64,000 nucleotides of DNA from Mantamonas sphyraenae STR306. Lineage: Eukaryota > Protista > CRuMs. A program made the position numbers and the translations under genes. Positions 31,954 to 42,665 of the stretch are shown here, piece after piece; the first letter of the stretch is position 1; each line of letters opens with the position of its first letter. The stretch is from positions 1 to 64,000 of the forward strand of contig JAPMXV010000075.1 of the NCBI GenBank assembly GCA_026936335.1, written 5' to 3'. The notes beneath the pieces are model-generated. The model was not told the DNA's origin and did no database searches. It was given only the letters and a program-made list of their open reading frames with translations.

Positions 31954-33332
31954 ATGTTTGCGCGCCGCTCCCGTGCAGCCATGCACAGTGCGCCTGTGTA
32001 CTTCCGTGCCATGACCTCTGGTGCAGAGATGGAACACATGGATGAGTTGTGTATGTGTGGACCCATGCCTCAGCGAGGTTCCCCTGCCCCTGCGATCACC
32101 CCGTCTCACCCCTTCCTTCCCAACCCACCACCGGCAGTACGCCGATTCTCCCTGACAGGAAACACACGCATGATTGAAAAGATTGAACGGATGCAATCCC
32201 TGCACACGGAACTGAGCGACAAAATAGCCCAGGGGATGGTAAGGGGCAGTGTGTGAAGATGACACCCTCGTGCGCTCCCTCTTGCCGTCCGTGCTTGCTG
32301 ACACCCACCCGTCACAGACACCAGACATGGACCATCGAGAGTATGCGGCAACTGCAAAGCGTGTGCACCAGTTGGGTGGTGTGGTCTCTGTACGAACAGT
32401 GGCAGGGGAAGCGGGAGGAGGTGGAGGAGCTGCAATTGCTGCTGAGCGAAGCGGACGACGGGGAGCTGCGCACCATGGCACAGACTGAACTGGAAGAGAC
32501 CAGGAGGGCATGTACAGACGTGGAGAAGCAGTTGTTGTACGAACTATTGCCCAAGGCAGAGGAGGACGAACGCGCTGCCATTCTGGAGATCAAAGCGGCT
32601 GCGGGCGGAGAGGAGGCGGCCTTGTTCGCTGCCAATCTGATGGGCATGTACCGTGGGTATGCCAAGACCAAGGGATGGCGCACAGAGGAGTTGAGTGTGA
32701 CATACACCGGATCGGGCGGGGTCAAGGACTGTGCGCTGAGCATTCAGGGTCAGGACGTGTTTGGTGTGCTGCGATATGAGAGTGGCGTGCACCGCATCCA
32801 ACGCGTGCCTGCCACAGAGACCCAGGGCAGGGTGCATACGAGTACAAGCACGGTGGCCGTGTTGCCCGAGGCGGACGAGGTGGATGTGCAGATCAAGGAC
32901 GACGACCTGCGTGTGGACGTCTACCGCAGCTCGGGAAAGGGTGGTCAGAGTGTCAACACAACCGACAGTGCGGTGCGCATCACACATTTGCCCACAGGAA
33001 TTGTCGTGGCCATGCAGGACGAGCGCTCGCAGCACAAGAACCGCAGCAAGGCCATGAAGGTGCTGCAGTCGCGCCTGTACGAGCAAGAACGGACCCGTGC
33101 CCAGAATGCACGCCAGGCGTCACGCATGTCCCAGGTGGGCAGTGGGGAGCGCAGCGAACGCGTGCGCACCTACAACGAGCCGCAGGACAGGATCACAGAC
33201 CATCGCCTGGAGGGATTGTCCCGTAGCGGCATCGCGCAGATGTACGCAGGGGAACTCCTCGACGAGTTTGTTGTCCCGCTGCGCCTGAATGCGCAGATTC
33301 AGGCCATGGCTGAGGACGAGGTGGAAATGTGA
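31954..33332 (+). CDS. MRF1: Organellar (mitochondrial) peptide chain release factor 1
   Basis: [24 protein letters not shown] (PxT RF1 motif), [18 protein letters not shown] (GGQ), [11 protein letters not shown]. Basic N-terminal presequence and short introns (e.g. 32239-32317). Apparent frameshift near 32388. Confidence 0.9.
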
Positions 33333-33427
33333 GGATGTAACATATGTGCTTTTTTGATTGACAATGAAATCACGGGTTGTGAGTGAGTGCTTTGATTTTG
33401 GTTTCAATCAAAATTTATACACCGCCA

Positions 33428-34858
33428 TCACTTGGGTAGCGGCAGCGGCGAATTGTCGCTGCCTGCAAGGTTGTAGAGGAGGACAAAGGATGAGAGCAGG
33501 AGAGAAAACACGGTGCTCAGCAGCGGCGTGGTGATCTCGATGGCGTTGAAGAGACGGACGCCGGTGACCCTTTGGGTTTGGGCGTTCATCATGACGTCGA
33601 CCTCTTTGGTGTCGGGCAGCTCGACGCCGTCCTCGACAGTGACAGAGAGGTTGCGCAGGCGTACGTGTTGTGCACCAAAGGCAGAATTGTGGCCCGAGTT
33701 GTCTTCGTTCGCATCGTTCTTGCGGCAACGGCGAGGCGGGACGGCGACGAGGGCAGCAAACTGCTCGTGGCATTGGCGAAAGGCAGTGTGAAGGCGTGCA
33801 CAGAAGACGAGGAAGGCCACGGAGATGAGGATGTTGTAGACGAGCCACCACAAGTCGGAGAGGATGGTAAAGAGGTCGTCGCCGCCGACGCGAAGGGTGC
33901 GACGAACGAGGATGACGACGAGGAGCATGGCAGAGGCAGGGACCCAACCGCCAATGATGGCACCAAAGGTTTTGTTGTACCACATGACGGAACGGGTGAC
34001 ACTGAGGTGCACCCTGCGGTAGGTGTCAAAGGAGTGTGCGTCGAGGACGAGGATGTTGCTCAAGTGGTTGCGCATGACGGTGAGCTGGCGGGTCCAGACG
34101 AGGATGGGTGGGATGAGAGGGGCAGCGGTAAGGACCCATCCTGCAGTGTTGAATGGCACCACCAGGTTGATGAGGGTGGGCAAGAGGGTGGGGTTGCCAG
34201 GGAGGAGGTTGAGGGGCCAGTAGGAGGGGCCGTCGACGTTGAGAAAGGCCCAGACGGTGCCGATGACGGAGTTGACGACAATGCAAAAGATGAGGAAAGG
34301 GTAGAGGAGTCGCATCATGCGGTCGATGTGTTGTGCGCGTGCTTTGTCGTTTGCAACGAGGGTGGAGACGAGGGAAGGGAACCAGTCGGGCGGGAGGGTG
34401 GACCAACACAGCAGGACGACGGAACCGGTGGCCACCAACCAGATGACCATGACAGCCATGTAGGTGGATTGCTCACGAGGGGTGGGAAGGACCAACACAG
34501 TGAGCACCACACGCACCATGCGAAACACAAGCAGGAACAACACCACCCGCGCAAAGTAGGCATAGCGAGGCCAGTACCGACTGCGTTGGAACAGAAACAC
34601 ACACAGCAGTGTGTTCACCCTCCTTGTCCATAGGGGCAGTGTTGCCACCGTGCACTTTTGATCCAAGGACATCGAGGGCCGCGCGTCGTGGGCCTCGTCG
34701 TCGTTGGAAGAACCCATTTCCGTCGCCATCAGCAACGCCTCGTTTTCCCTGGGACGCAACCCCGTGGATGAGCTGTGTGTCGAGGATGGGGGGGACGATG
34801 ACGTGGTGGACGACGATGAATGTCCACCTCCTTCGTTGGTGATCAGTGGTACGTCCAT
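33428..34858 (-). CDS. Gustatory-receptor-like 7TM ion channel (7TMIC/GRL) paralogue 1
   Basis: Seven hydrophobic segments, no signal peptide; HLSVTRSVMWYNKTFG before TM5; FCARLHTAF after TM6; terminal GVRLFNAIEITTPLLSTVFSLLLSSFVLLYN resembles the GR TM7a/7b signature. Confidence 0.7.
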   Translation of the reverse strand: MDVPLITNEGGGHSSSSTTSSSPPSSTHSSSTGLRPRENEALLMATEMGSSNDDEAHDARPSMSLDQKCTVATLPLWTRRVNTLLCVFLFQRSRYWPRYAYFARVVLFLLVFRMVRVVLTVLVLPTPREQSTYMAVMVIWLVATGSVVLLCWSTLPPDWFPSLVSTLVANDKARAQHIDRMMRLLYPFLIFCIVVNSVIGTVWAFLNVDGPSYWPLNLLPGNPTLLPTLINLVVPFNTAGWVLTAAPLIPPILVWTRQLTVMRNHLSNILVLDAHSFDTYRRVHLSVTRSVMWYNKTFGAIIGGWVPASAMLLVVILVRRTLRVGGDDLFTILSDLWWLVYNILISVAFLVFCARLHTAFRQCHEQFAALVAVPPRRCRKNDANEDNSGHNSAFGAQHVRLRNLSVTVEDGVELPDTKEVDVMMNAQTQRVTGVRLFNAIEITTPLLSTVFSLLLSSFVLLYNLAGSDNSPLPLPK

Positions 34859-34889
34859 CTGTATTGGGTGCGATTGGGTCACCTTCCTC

Positions 34890-36148
34890 TCACCCACTCC
34901 CAGTTTGCGCATACCGCTGGGTGACGACAAAGCCAGACACAAGGAGAGAGAGGATGGAGCTCAGCAATGCCGTTGTGACTGGCACGGCATTGAACAGCCT
35001 CACGGCAGTCACCCTTGCCTCATGTGCCTGCAACATGAGCGACAGCGAGTGAGTTGTGGGGAGCCCCAGGGCGTTGTGTGGTTTGGCGCCGTTGTTGTCA
35101 GGAACCCTCGTGGGTCATCATCATCCACCTGTAGCAAGGCTGCAAACTGCTCGTGGCAGCGTCGAAACGCCCCGTGCAGACGTGCACTGCTGATGAGAAA
35201 CACAGAACACACAGCGGTGATGTACAGAAGCCAAAAGTCGTCGGGTAGAACACGCACAGTGTCGTCTGCACTGTGCATGGTCCTGCGGACAAGCAGGAGT
35301 ACGAGCATCAGGGCACTGGCGCCACTCCACACGCCCACCAGAGGACCAAACATGTCATTGAAACGCATGAGAGCACACGACAATGTACGATGCACACGTG
35401 AATAAGTGGAAAAGGTGGGTGCATCCAGTGTGTCCACGTGCTTGAGCTGTTGCAGCAGTTCGTCGAGCTGACGCGTCCACACAAGCACAGGGGGGAGGAG
35501 AGGGACGGTAAGAAGCACCCAAGCGGCCCTGTTGAAGGGTATCACAATGTTGATGATGGTGTGTGCAAGTGTTTTGTGCTCAGGCAGCTGATCAAAGGGC
35601 CAGTAGGCCTGTTCCTGAACGCCCAGCGCAGCCCAGACGGTGGCGATGATTGAGTTTGCCACAATGCACACAAGTAGAATGGGATACATGATTCGCATCA
35701 TGTCCTCGACGTGTTTGCGACGAGAGGCATTGTCTGCCACGAGGGTGTCGACGAGGGACGGGAACCAGTCGCTGGGCAGGAGATGCCAGCACATCAACAC
35801 AGCCACACAGGTGGATGACAACCATATGGTCATGGTGGCCATGTATGTGGAGATTCCATGGCCAAGTGGGCTCAACACAAGCGCCAGGAGAATGCGTCAA
35901 CACGCGGAGAATCAGCACCAGGTGGACCACACGCGCTACCACTGCATAGCGTGGCCATTGGCGACTGTGCTGCATGCAAAACACAATCAGGAGGGTGTTG
36001 ACACGTCGTGTCCATGGAGTCATCATTGTCATTTGCGCATGAAGGAGGACCTGTGTGGGTGCCTCCCCCCCTGCTCCACCTCCTCCTCCTCCTCCTCCTC
36101 GTCCCCCACACCACTCCCCGTGTCTGACCCAATCAAAGGGGTTTGCAT
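34890..36148 (-). pseudogene. 7TMIC/GRL paralogue 2, interrupted by three frameshifts (pseudogene or assembly errors)
   Basis: MQTPLI start at 36148; homologous segments in alternating frames with shifts at ~36030, ~35897 and ~35100. C-terminus RVTAVRLFNAVPVTTALLSSILSLLVSGFVVTQRY ends at TGA 34890. Confidence 0.7.
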
Positions 36149-36207
36149 TGCTTTATGCTTTTCTTTTTGTTTGACCTGGGTCCCCCTGTGCATGCATCTC
36201 CTCCATC

Positions 36208-37854
36208 TCAGTTGTTTCCCAGAGGGAGCCCCGTCTCGTTGCCCCGGACGACATTGTACATGACCACAAAGGCAGACAGGGTGAGGGAAAACACAGAGCT
36301 GAGCAGTGGGGTTGTGATCTCGATGGCATTGAACACACGGATGCCCGTCACACGCACCATCTGGGTGTGCATCAACAGGGAGACCAGACGGACGTCGGGC
36401 AAGTGCACCCCATCCGATGGCATGGAAACACTCCGCAATCGCAGGTTCTGGGAAGCATCACGTGCGGAGTAGCTGCTGTGTTTGCCCTTGTCGTGGTAGT
36501 CAGCCTCTCCATGCTGCGGCTTGGAGGGGTGGGATTGGTGATCATCACCATCACCATCACCACCATCATCATGATGATGATGATGATCGTGATGAGGATG
36601 GTGCAAGTCACCCGTGGCCATGACACGATTGAACGCATCCATTCCATCAGCAGCAGCAGCAGCGGCAGATGCGGTCAGCGAGGAGGAGGAGGAGGAAGAG
36701 GCGGAGGTGTGCACGGGACCGGCTACGAGGGCAGCAAACTCTTCGTGGCACAGACGAAAGGCGGTGTGGAGACGTGCACACACAACGAGAAAGACCACAG
36801 AGATGAGAACATTGTAGACAAGCCACCACAAGTCGGCGAGGATGGCAGCGACGGTGTCCCCAGCCGCCTTGAGGGCCCTGCGCACAAGGATGATGATGAG
36901 AAGCAAGGCCGAGGCAGGGACCCAGACGCCGATGATGGCACCAAAGGTGGTGTTGTACCACATGATGGCACGTGTGACACTGAGGTGAACCCTGCTGTAG
37001 GTGTTGAAGGTATCGGCGTCCATGAGGGTGATCCGAGCCAGGTGTTCACGCATGACGGTGAGCTGGCGCAACCAGACGAGGACGGGAGCCATGAGGGGTG
37101 GAAAGGCAAGCACCCAGCCTGCGGTGTTGAATGGGGTCACAAACACATTGACGAGGATGGGAAGGAGGGTGGGATTGCCAGGGATGAGGGTCAGGGGCCA
37201 GTTCACACGCGCACCCACCCCCATGGCAGACAAGGCCACCCCAATGGCCGAGTTGCCAATGATGCAAAACAACATGATGGGATAAAGGATACGCATGATG
37301 CCATCGATGTAGAGTGCACGTGTACGATTGCCTGCGACGAGGGTGGTGACGAGGGAGGGAAACCAGTCGGGGGGAAGGGTGTGGTAGCACAACATGACCA
37401 CTGCACCGGTGCCAGTGAGCCAGGTGCACTTGACTGCCAGATAGGTGGATTCACTGGGAGTGGTGTCCACCACCATGGCGGTGAGGTAGGCACGAAGCAT
37501 ACGCAGCACCAGAAAGAGGTGCACCACACGTGCCACCATGGGCCATCGTGGCCATCCACGGCTACGTTGGAATGTACACACACACAGCAGTGTGTTCACC
37601 CTCCTTGTCCACACGGGCAGTTTCGACACCACACACCTGTGTTCCAACGAAACCGCAGACGTCTTCAGCAGCGCTTCCGCCGCGCCGTGCAACCCGGTCC
37701 CGCGACCTGCCGACGTGCCGCCTCTGCTCGCACTGGCTGCCTCTGCCACACTACCAGACACCCCAAGCGCATCCTCTGCTTCCTCTGCTTCCTCCCGCAT
37801 TTCTTCGTACGCCCCACTCTGGCCATTGGACGTAGAGATGAGAGGAACGTGCAT
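36208..37854 (-). CDS. 7TMIC/GRL paralogue 3 with long His/Asp-rich loop
   Basis: Intact 548-aa ORF colinear with paralogue 1 (WTRRVNTLLCV, LPPDWFPSLV, WYNTTFGAIIG, GIRVFNAIEITTPLLS). Confidence 0.72.
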   Translation of the reverse strand: MHVPLISTSNGQSGAYEEMREEAEEAEDALGVSGSVAEAASASRGGTSAGRGTGLHGAAEALLKTSAVSLEHRCVVSKLPVWTRRVNTLLCVCTFQRSRGWPRWPMVARVVHLFLVLRMLRAYLTAMVVDTTPSESTYLAVKCTWLTGTGAVVMLCYHTLPPDWFPSLVTTLVAGNRTRALYIDGIMRILYPIMLFCIIGNSAIGVALSAMGVGARVNWPLTLIPGNPTLLPILVNVFVTPFNTAGWVLAFPPLMAPVLVWLRQLTVMREHLARITLMDADTFNTYSRVHLSVTRAIMWYNTTFGAIIGVWVPASALLLIIILVRRALKAAGDTVAAILADLWWLVYNVLISVVFLVVCARLHTAFRLCHEEFAALVAGPVHTSASSSSSSSLTASAAAAAADGMDAFNRVMATGDLHHPHHDHHHHHDDGGDGDGDDHQSHPSKPQHGEADYHDKGKHSSYSARDASQNLRLRSVSMPSDGVHLPDVRLVSLLMHTQMVRVTGIRVFNAIEITTPLLSSVFSLTLSAFVVMYNVVRGNETGLPLGNN

Positions 37855-37913
37855 GGTCGGTGGGATCGTGTGTTGCCCCCCGCTCGCAAACCTTTCTCAC
37901 CCCCTCCTTTTGG

Positions 37914-39403
37914 ATGCCACGCATCCACGCAGTGGACACGGATGCACCAGCAACCATTCTGGACACCATCCGGTTGCACTATGGACGCAGTGGTTCGTGG
38001 TGGGAGCACGTGGAGCCCAGCGAGGAAGAGGCCCAACACAGCCTCCTGCAGCTGCCCACAGAGGTGGTGGACAGGATAGGAGGCTTCCTGGACCACACTT
38101 CCCTCATGCGATTGAGTCAAACCTGTCGTCGATTGCATGCCATTGTGCAACGGCCCCACACCTACCGGCGCCTCCTTCTCGAGCTCGACACACACCCCGA
38201 CCGCACACGACCAGCCCCCATGGTCGACTTGGACGCCTACAGCAGCGATCTGTGGGACTATCGACGGGATCTGTTGGTGCGTGTGTTGCGGCAGCGTCGG
38301 TTTGGGCCGGAAGCGGAGGCGGACGAGGTGCGGCTGACGGATGCCGAGAGCAAAGAGTGCTCCAAAGAGGCGTACGAGAAGGAAAGGGAGGAATGGGAAC
38401 AGAGGAGACAGGAGGCATTGTCACAAGACACCCCAGGGGAGGATGACATGCTGCGTTCGGTGTACATTGGACTGGTGGTGCAGCGCAGTTTGCTTCCGCT
38501 GGAGCTGGAGGAAGCCAGGAAGGAGTTTCACAGCGATGAGGTGCAACGCAGTGTAGCGTGGGGTCATGTCACCATGTGGAGTGGATGGAAGGTGTGTGTG
38601 TGGCTTCTGACGATGCTTGTGGACCTTCTACCACCGGTGATCTTTGCCCTTGTGCAGGTGTACATGGTTGACACCACCAACCAAGAGATGTTGGTGCGTG
38701 TGGCTGCCGGGTTGGTGTTTGTGCATTGCACTCTGTGCACACTGTGCTTCACCATGCAAAACATGCTGGTGTTGGGGCTGGTCCTCACGGGGGTACCCAT
38801 GGTCCTGCTGAGTCTCCTCGTCACAGCGATGCCTCTGTCTGTGGATTTGCCCATGGTTCGATTTGGCATTGCTGTCCTCTCCATCCTCAGCGTCACCTTT
38901 ACTGCGCTGGTGTTGCAGGGCATCGGCAAGTGGATTGTGCGAAGTTGCGCCCTCACCCAGATGCAACCGTTGCCACGCGTGGAAGCCATTGTGCTCTGGA
39001 TGTTCTTCCTGCTCATTCGCACTGTCCTCATCCTCTCCAACCTTGCCGAATTGTCCTTCCTCCCGTCTGCGCTGGGACTCATCACACCGCTTCTGGAGTG
39101 GCGTCAGCATCGTTTCCGTCGCAAACTGCCCCGCATCCTCCTCCTTGCCTACGCCGTTCCCATCGACCTCACCGTGGTCATTCTCCATGCCGTTCACGCC
39201 GCCCATCACAATCTCCAACAGAACGCCGTCCCCGTGCCTGTGCAAACACTCCCCTGCTTGTCCCCGTTCTCCACTGGACCCGCGTGTGCATCACATGGAA
39301 CTCAAAGTGGTTTGTCGCCTATGCCCGTGCCAAACATGGATGGCGTCGTGCCTTTCGTCCCCCTGTCCTCCATGATTTTGTCATGCTGCTGCTACGACGA
39401 TGA
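37914..39403 (+). CDS. F-box + multipass membrane protein, paralogue 1
   Basis: F-box LLQLPTEVVDRIGGFLDHTSLMRLSQTCRRLHAIV, then a helical linker and ~7-8 TM segments. Paralogue alignment (LPLLVPVLHW) implies a 1-nt deletion in a C-run at ~39251 and a true stop at 39403. Confidence 0.8.
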
Positions 39404-39443
39404 GGACGATGCGACCAAGCGGCCACGCGAATGAAGCCTACAC

Positions 39444-40988
39444 ATGCATCCAGCATCGGCAAGTGACAAAACGCCATGGTTGTTGTCCTCCCCAATGCGC
39501 CATCACCCGTCCGCCTCCCCACCCTTGGATGACGATGACGATGACGACGGAGTGTCCACGCGGATTACGATCTCCCTCGACAATGACAACGACGACGCCC
39601 CACACAGCCTTCTCCTGTCCCTTCCCATCGAAGTGATGGACAGGATAGGAGGCTTCTTGGACCACGCTTCCCTCATGCGCCTGAGTGAGACCTGTCGTCG
39701 CATGCATGCCGTTGTGCAGCGTCCAGAAACCTACCGTCGTCTTCTCCTCGAGCTCGACCTTGCCACCGACCGTCGTGAAGCACACACCCTGGATCTGGAT
39801 GCCTATCCCAAGGACATGTGGGACTATCGACGTGACCTTCTGCTGCGTGTGTTGCTCCAGCGTCGCCACGGCCCTGTGCCCAGGCAAGACAACGTCCGCT
39901 TGACAATTGCCGAGAATGACCAGTGTTCCCAGTACGCCTACAATGCAGAAATGGCACAATGGCATCCCATGCGAGAGGTGGTGCTGTTCAAGTCGTCCAA
40001 CGATGTGCACAAGTTGCGTCAGACGTACCAGACGCTGGTCGAAGCCACAGGTCCGATTTCCCGGGAAGTGCACATGGCATACGAGGCATTCTACACAGCA
40101 GAGATGCAACACAAGGTGGCATGGGATCATATAACCATGTGGCAGCCCTTCAGGGCAGGCTGTGTTGCAGCCGGAGCTGTGTCGACGCTCCTGTTTCCCA
40201 TCACCGTCCTTCTCGCTGCGCTTTCGCTGGGAGACATCATTTATGTGCACCCTGTGGCATTCTATGTCCTTGTCTGTGCCTATATTGTTCTGTTCCCCAC
40301 GCTGTCGTGGTATGGCGAGCCTGTGGTGATTGGCATCGGCGTGTTTTACTCCACCATGTGGGTGTTGCTCTTTGCCACCTTTCTCCCTCTGAGCACATCT
40401 CTGTGGTTCACCATGGTGGCCATCTTTACCACCCTTTGCATAGGGTTTGGTGGTGTGTGCATGCTGATCCTATCCTTGTTTGGCATGGTTGCCAAGCTGT
40501 GCTGGCCAGACATGCTCCCTGATCGCGATTTGGCACCCAACCTTGCCATCCACACGTGGTTCTCTCTCCTTGGTGTCCGCATAATGATGGTCTACTTGGG
40601 TGCCGGTGTGCAGTGGGCGATTATTCCTGCAGCTCTGTCGCTGGTGGCTGTGCCTGTGATTGCCCTGCGGAAAAGGCGCATGGATCACCCACCCACCTAC
40701 CATGCCATTGTGTTCTACATGATGCCATTCGACCTGTCGATCAGTGTCCAATATCTGGTGTCGATCACCGGGGTGCATCTCTCTGTGCCCATGCAACTGT
40801 TGCCACTGCTGCTCCCGTGCCTCCATTGGCCCATTGCCTCATCCCTCTTTGCCGGCTACACCTTTGTTGGACATGCCATGGAGAGTCTGCACTTTCGCAC
40901 CCGCATGGGCATGCGATTCCCCACCGTGGATGATGTGCGAGTGTGGTGGGCAACGCGAAACGCAATCGCAACCAACCCCCTAACTTAA
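39444..40988 (+). CDS. F-box + multipass membrane protein, paralogue 2
   Basis: LLSLPIEVMDRIGGFLDHASLMRLSETCRRMHAVV; WDYRRDLLLRVL; VAWDHITMW followed by TM helices; intact ORF. Confidence 0.85.
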   Translation: MHPASASDKTPWLLSSPMRHHPSASPPLDDDDDDDGVSTRITISLDNDNDDAPHSLLLSLPIEVMDRIGGFLDHASLMRLSETCRRMHAVVQRPETYRRLLLELDLATDRREAHTLDLDAYPKDMWDYRRDLLLRVLLQRRHGPVPRQDNVRLTIAENDQCSQYAYNAEMAQWHPMREVVLFKSSNDVHKLRQTYQTLVEATGPISREVHMAYEAFYTAEMQHKVAWDHITMWQPFRAGCVAAGAVSTLLFPITVLLAALSLGDIIYVHPVAFYVLVCAYIVLFPTLSWYGEPVVIGIGVFYSTMWVLLFATFLPLSTSLWFTMVAIFTTLCIGFGGVCMLILSLFGMVAKLCWPDMLPDRDLAPNLAIHTWFSLLGVRIMMVYLGAGVQWAIIPAALSLVAVPVIALRKRRMDHPPTYHAIVFYMMPFDLSISVQYLVSITGVHLSVPMQLLPLLLPCLHWPIASSLFAGYTFVGHAMESLHFRTRMGMRFPTVDDVRVWWATRNAIATNPLT

Positions 40989-41002
40989 ACCGAATTAAAC
41001 CA

Positions 41003-42533
41003 ATGTATCGAAGGCTGTCATCGTCCGACAGCCCATCCGAGGCGGTGTTGGACATGGTGCGTGAGCGATATGCCACTTCCGGGTCCTGGTGGTCGCATCT
41101 GGAGCCGTCGGAGGACGACCGAGAGCACAGCCTCCTGCAGCTGCCCACAGAGGTGGTGGACAGGATAGGAGGCTTCTTGGACGACGCTTCCCTCATGCGA
41201 TTGAGTCAAACCTGTCGTCGGTTGCATGCCATTGTGCAACGGCCCGAAACGTACCGACGGCTGGTGAGCAACCTGCACACAGACCCCAAGGACACACATG
41301 ACATGCGTGTGCGTTTGGATGAATACGACCATGAGGTGTGGGATGCAAGACGTGACCTGTTGGTGCGTGTGTTGCGCATCCAACGCCACGGTGGAGTGGC
41401 AGAAGAGGACCCCGAAGATGTGGAGCAGCAGCAACCTGGCGCCCCCGTGCCTCCGCTCCCGTCCCACGTCCACCTGTTGCCCGAAGAGGAGCGGGAATGC
41501 AATCGAATGGGATTCCTCAACGAGAGGAAAGACACACAGGAGGCCCAATTGAAAGCCATGGAGGCAGGGGACGACGATGTTCGGTTTGCGATACATCTCC
41601 CTTTTCCTCCACTACAAATCCATCCGGATGGAATTGGATGACACTGCACTTCGTCTACAGGACCCACGTGAGCAGCAAAGGATAGCATGGGATCACCTGA
41701 CCCTGTGGAGCAGGTGGCGGTTGGCCCAACTCCTCTTTGCCTTCCTGGTGGTGCTTCTGGGACCCGTGAACTACGTTCTCTTTCTCATCCATCTGTACGA
41801 TGCCACCGTTCCCATCGTCGCCTCTGTCCTCACCGTGCTTGTCCTCGCGTACATTGCGTTGGCAGGATTGTGTTTTTGGATGATCTCCTCGCGGACCATC
41901 TTCCGTGGATTCTCCTTTGGTGTCGTGTGGGGATTGGGCTCGGCGGTGGCATTCATGAGTGTGAACTTCATCGTGTTGGGCTTTTCCACGTCGATTAACC
42001 TGCCCATGTTCATCATCGCACGCATCTGTGTGGCCCTCTCCATTCTGTTTGTGCTCCTGCGCTCCTTCATCGCCATGGTGTTTGCTCTCATCACACGACG
42101 TGGTCCCTGGTTTGAGATTGATCCATCGTTGGTGTTGTGGTGTGCCACACGCTTCACCAACCTGCTCCTGGAACTCGCCGATGTCGATGCCATCCTGTCT
42201 GCCATCCCCATCCTCATCGCCATCCCCAGTGTGCCCATCCTCGCCTATGTGCGCACTCGCATGGCCAGCAAGGCCCTTCGTACCGCCATTTTGGCGTATT
42301 TGCTCCCTGCTGATGTGGCCTTTGCGCTGCACACCGTGACACGATTTTGGAACACCTCGGTGATCCTGACCACGCTTCCCCTCCTTGTGACAGTGGCACA
42401 CCACACACACCTCATGTTCAACGTGGTCACTCTCCAATGGATCAATCAGATGCACCATCGCAATCGCCACCGAATGGCATGGCGCAGTCCACGCTGGGCG
42501 GATCTCCGTGCCGTATTCTGTGCCCTCGCGTGA
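41003..42533 (+). CDS. F-box + multipass membrane protein, paralogue 3 (one frameshift)
   Basis: F-box in ORF 40943-41641 and TM domain in ORF 41577-42533; one extra T at ~41585 (GTT CGG T TTG CGA TAC) breaks DDVRLRYI, which aligns with DMLRSVYI in paralogue 1. Confidence 0.78.
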
Positions 42534-42665
42534 CCCACAAACACCAAAGGGAAGCAGGGACAATGCATCCACCCACCCGAGTACGGTCTCTATACACAAC
42601 AAACACACATGAGTGCATCCACATCCCATGGTCAAATACATTTCGCCGTCTGTTCCCACGCCACG

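Noticed and set aside
32370-32400. RF2-style autoregulatory programmed frameshift in the release factor gene
   Set aside because: The protein is RF1-type (PAT motif) and nuclear-encoded, and there is no in-frame stop or CTT-TGA slippery site at the break. A collapsed CT dinucleotide explains it.
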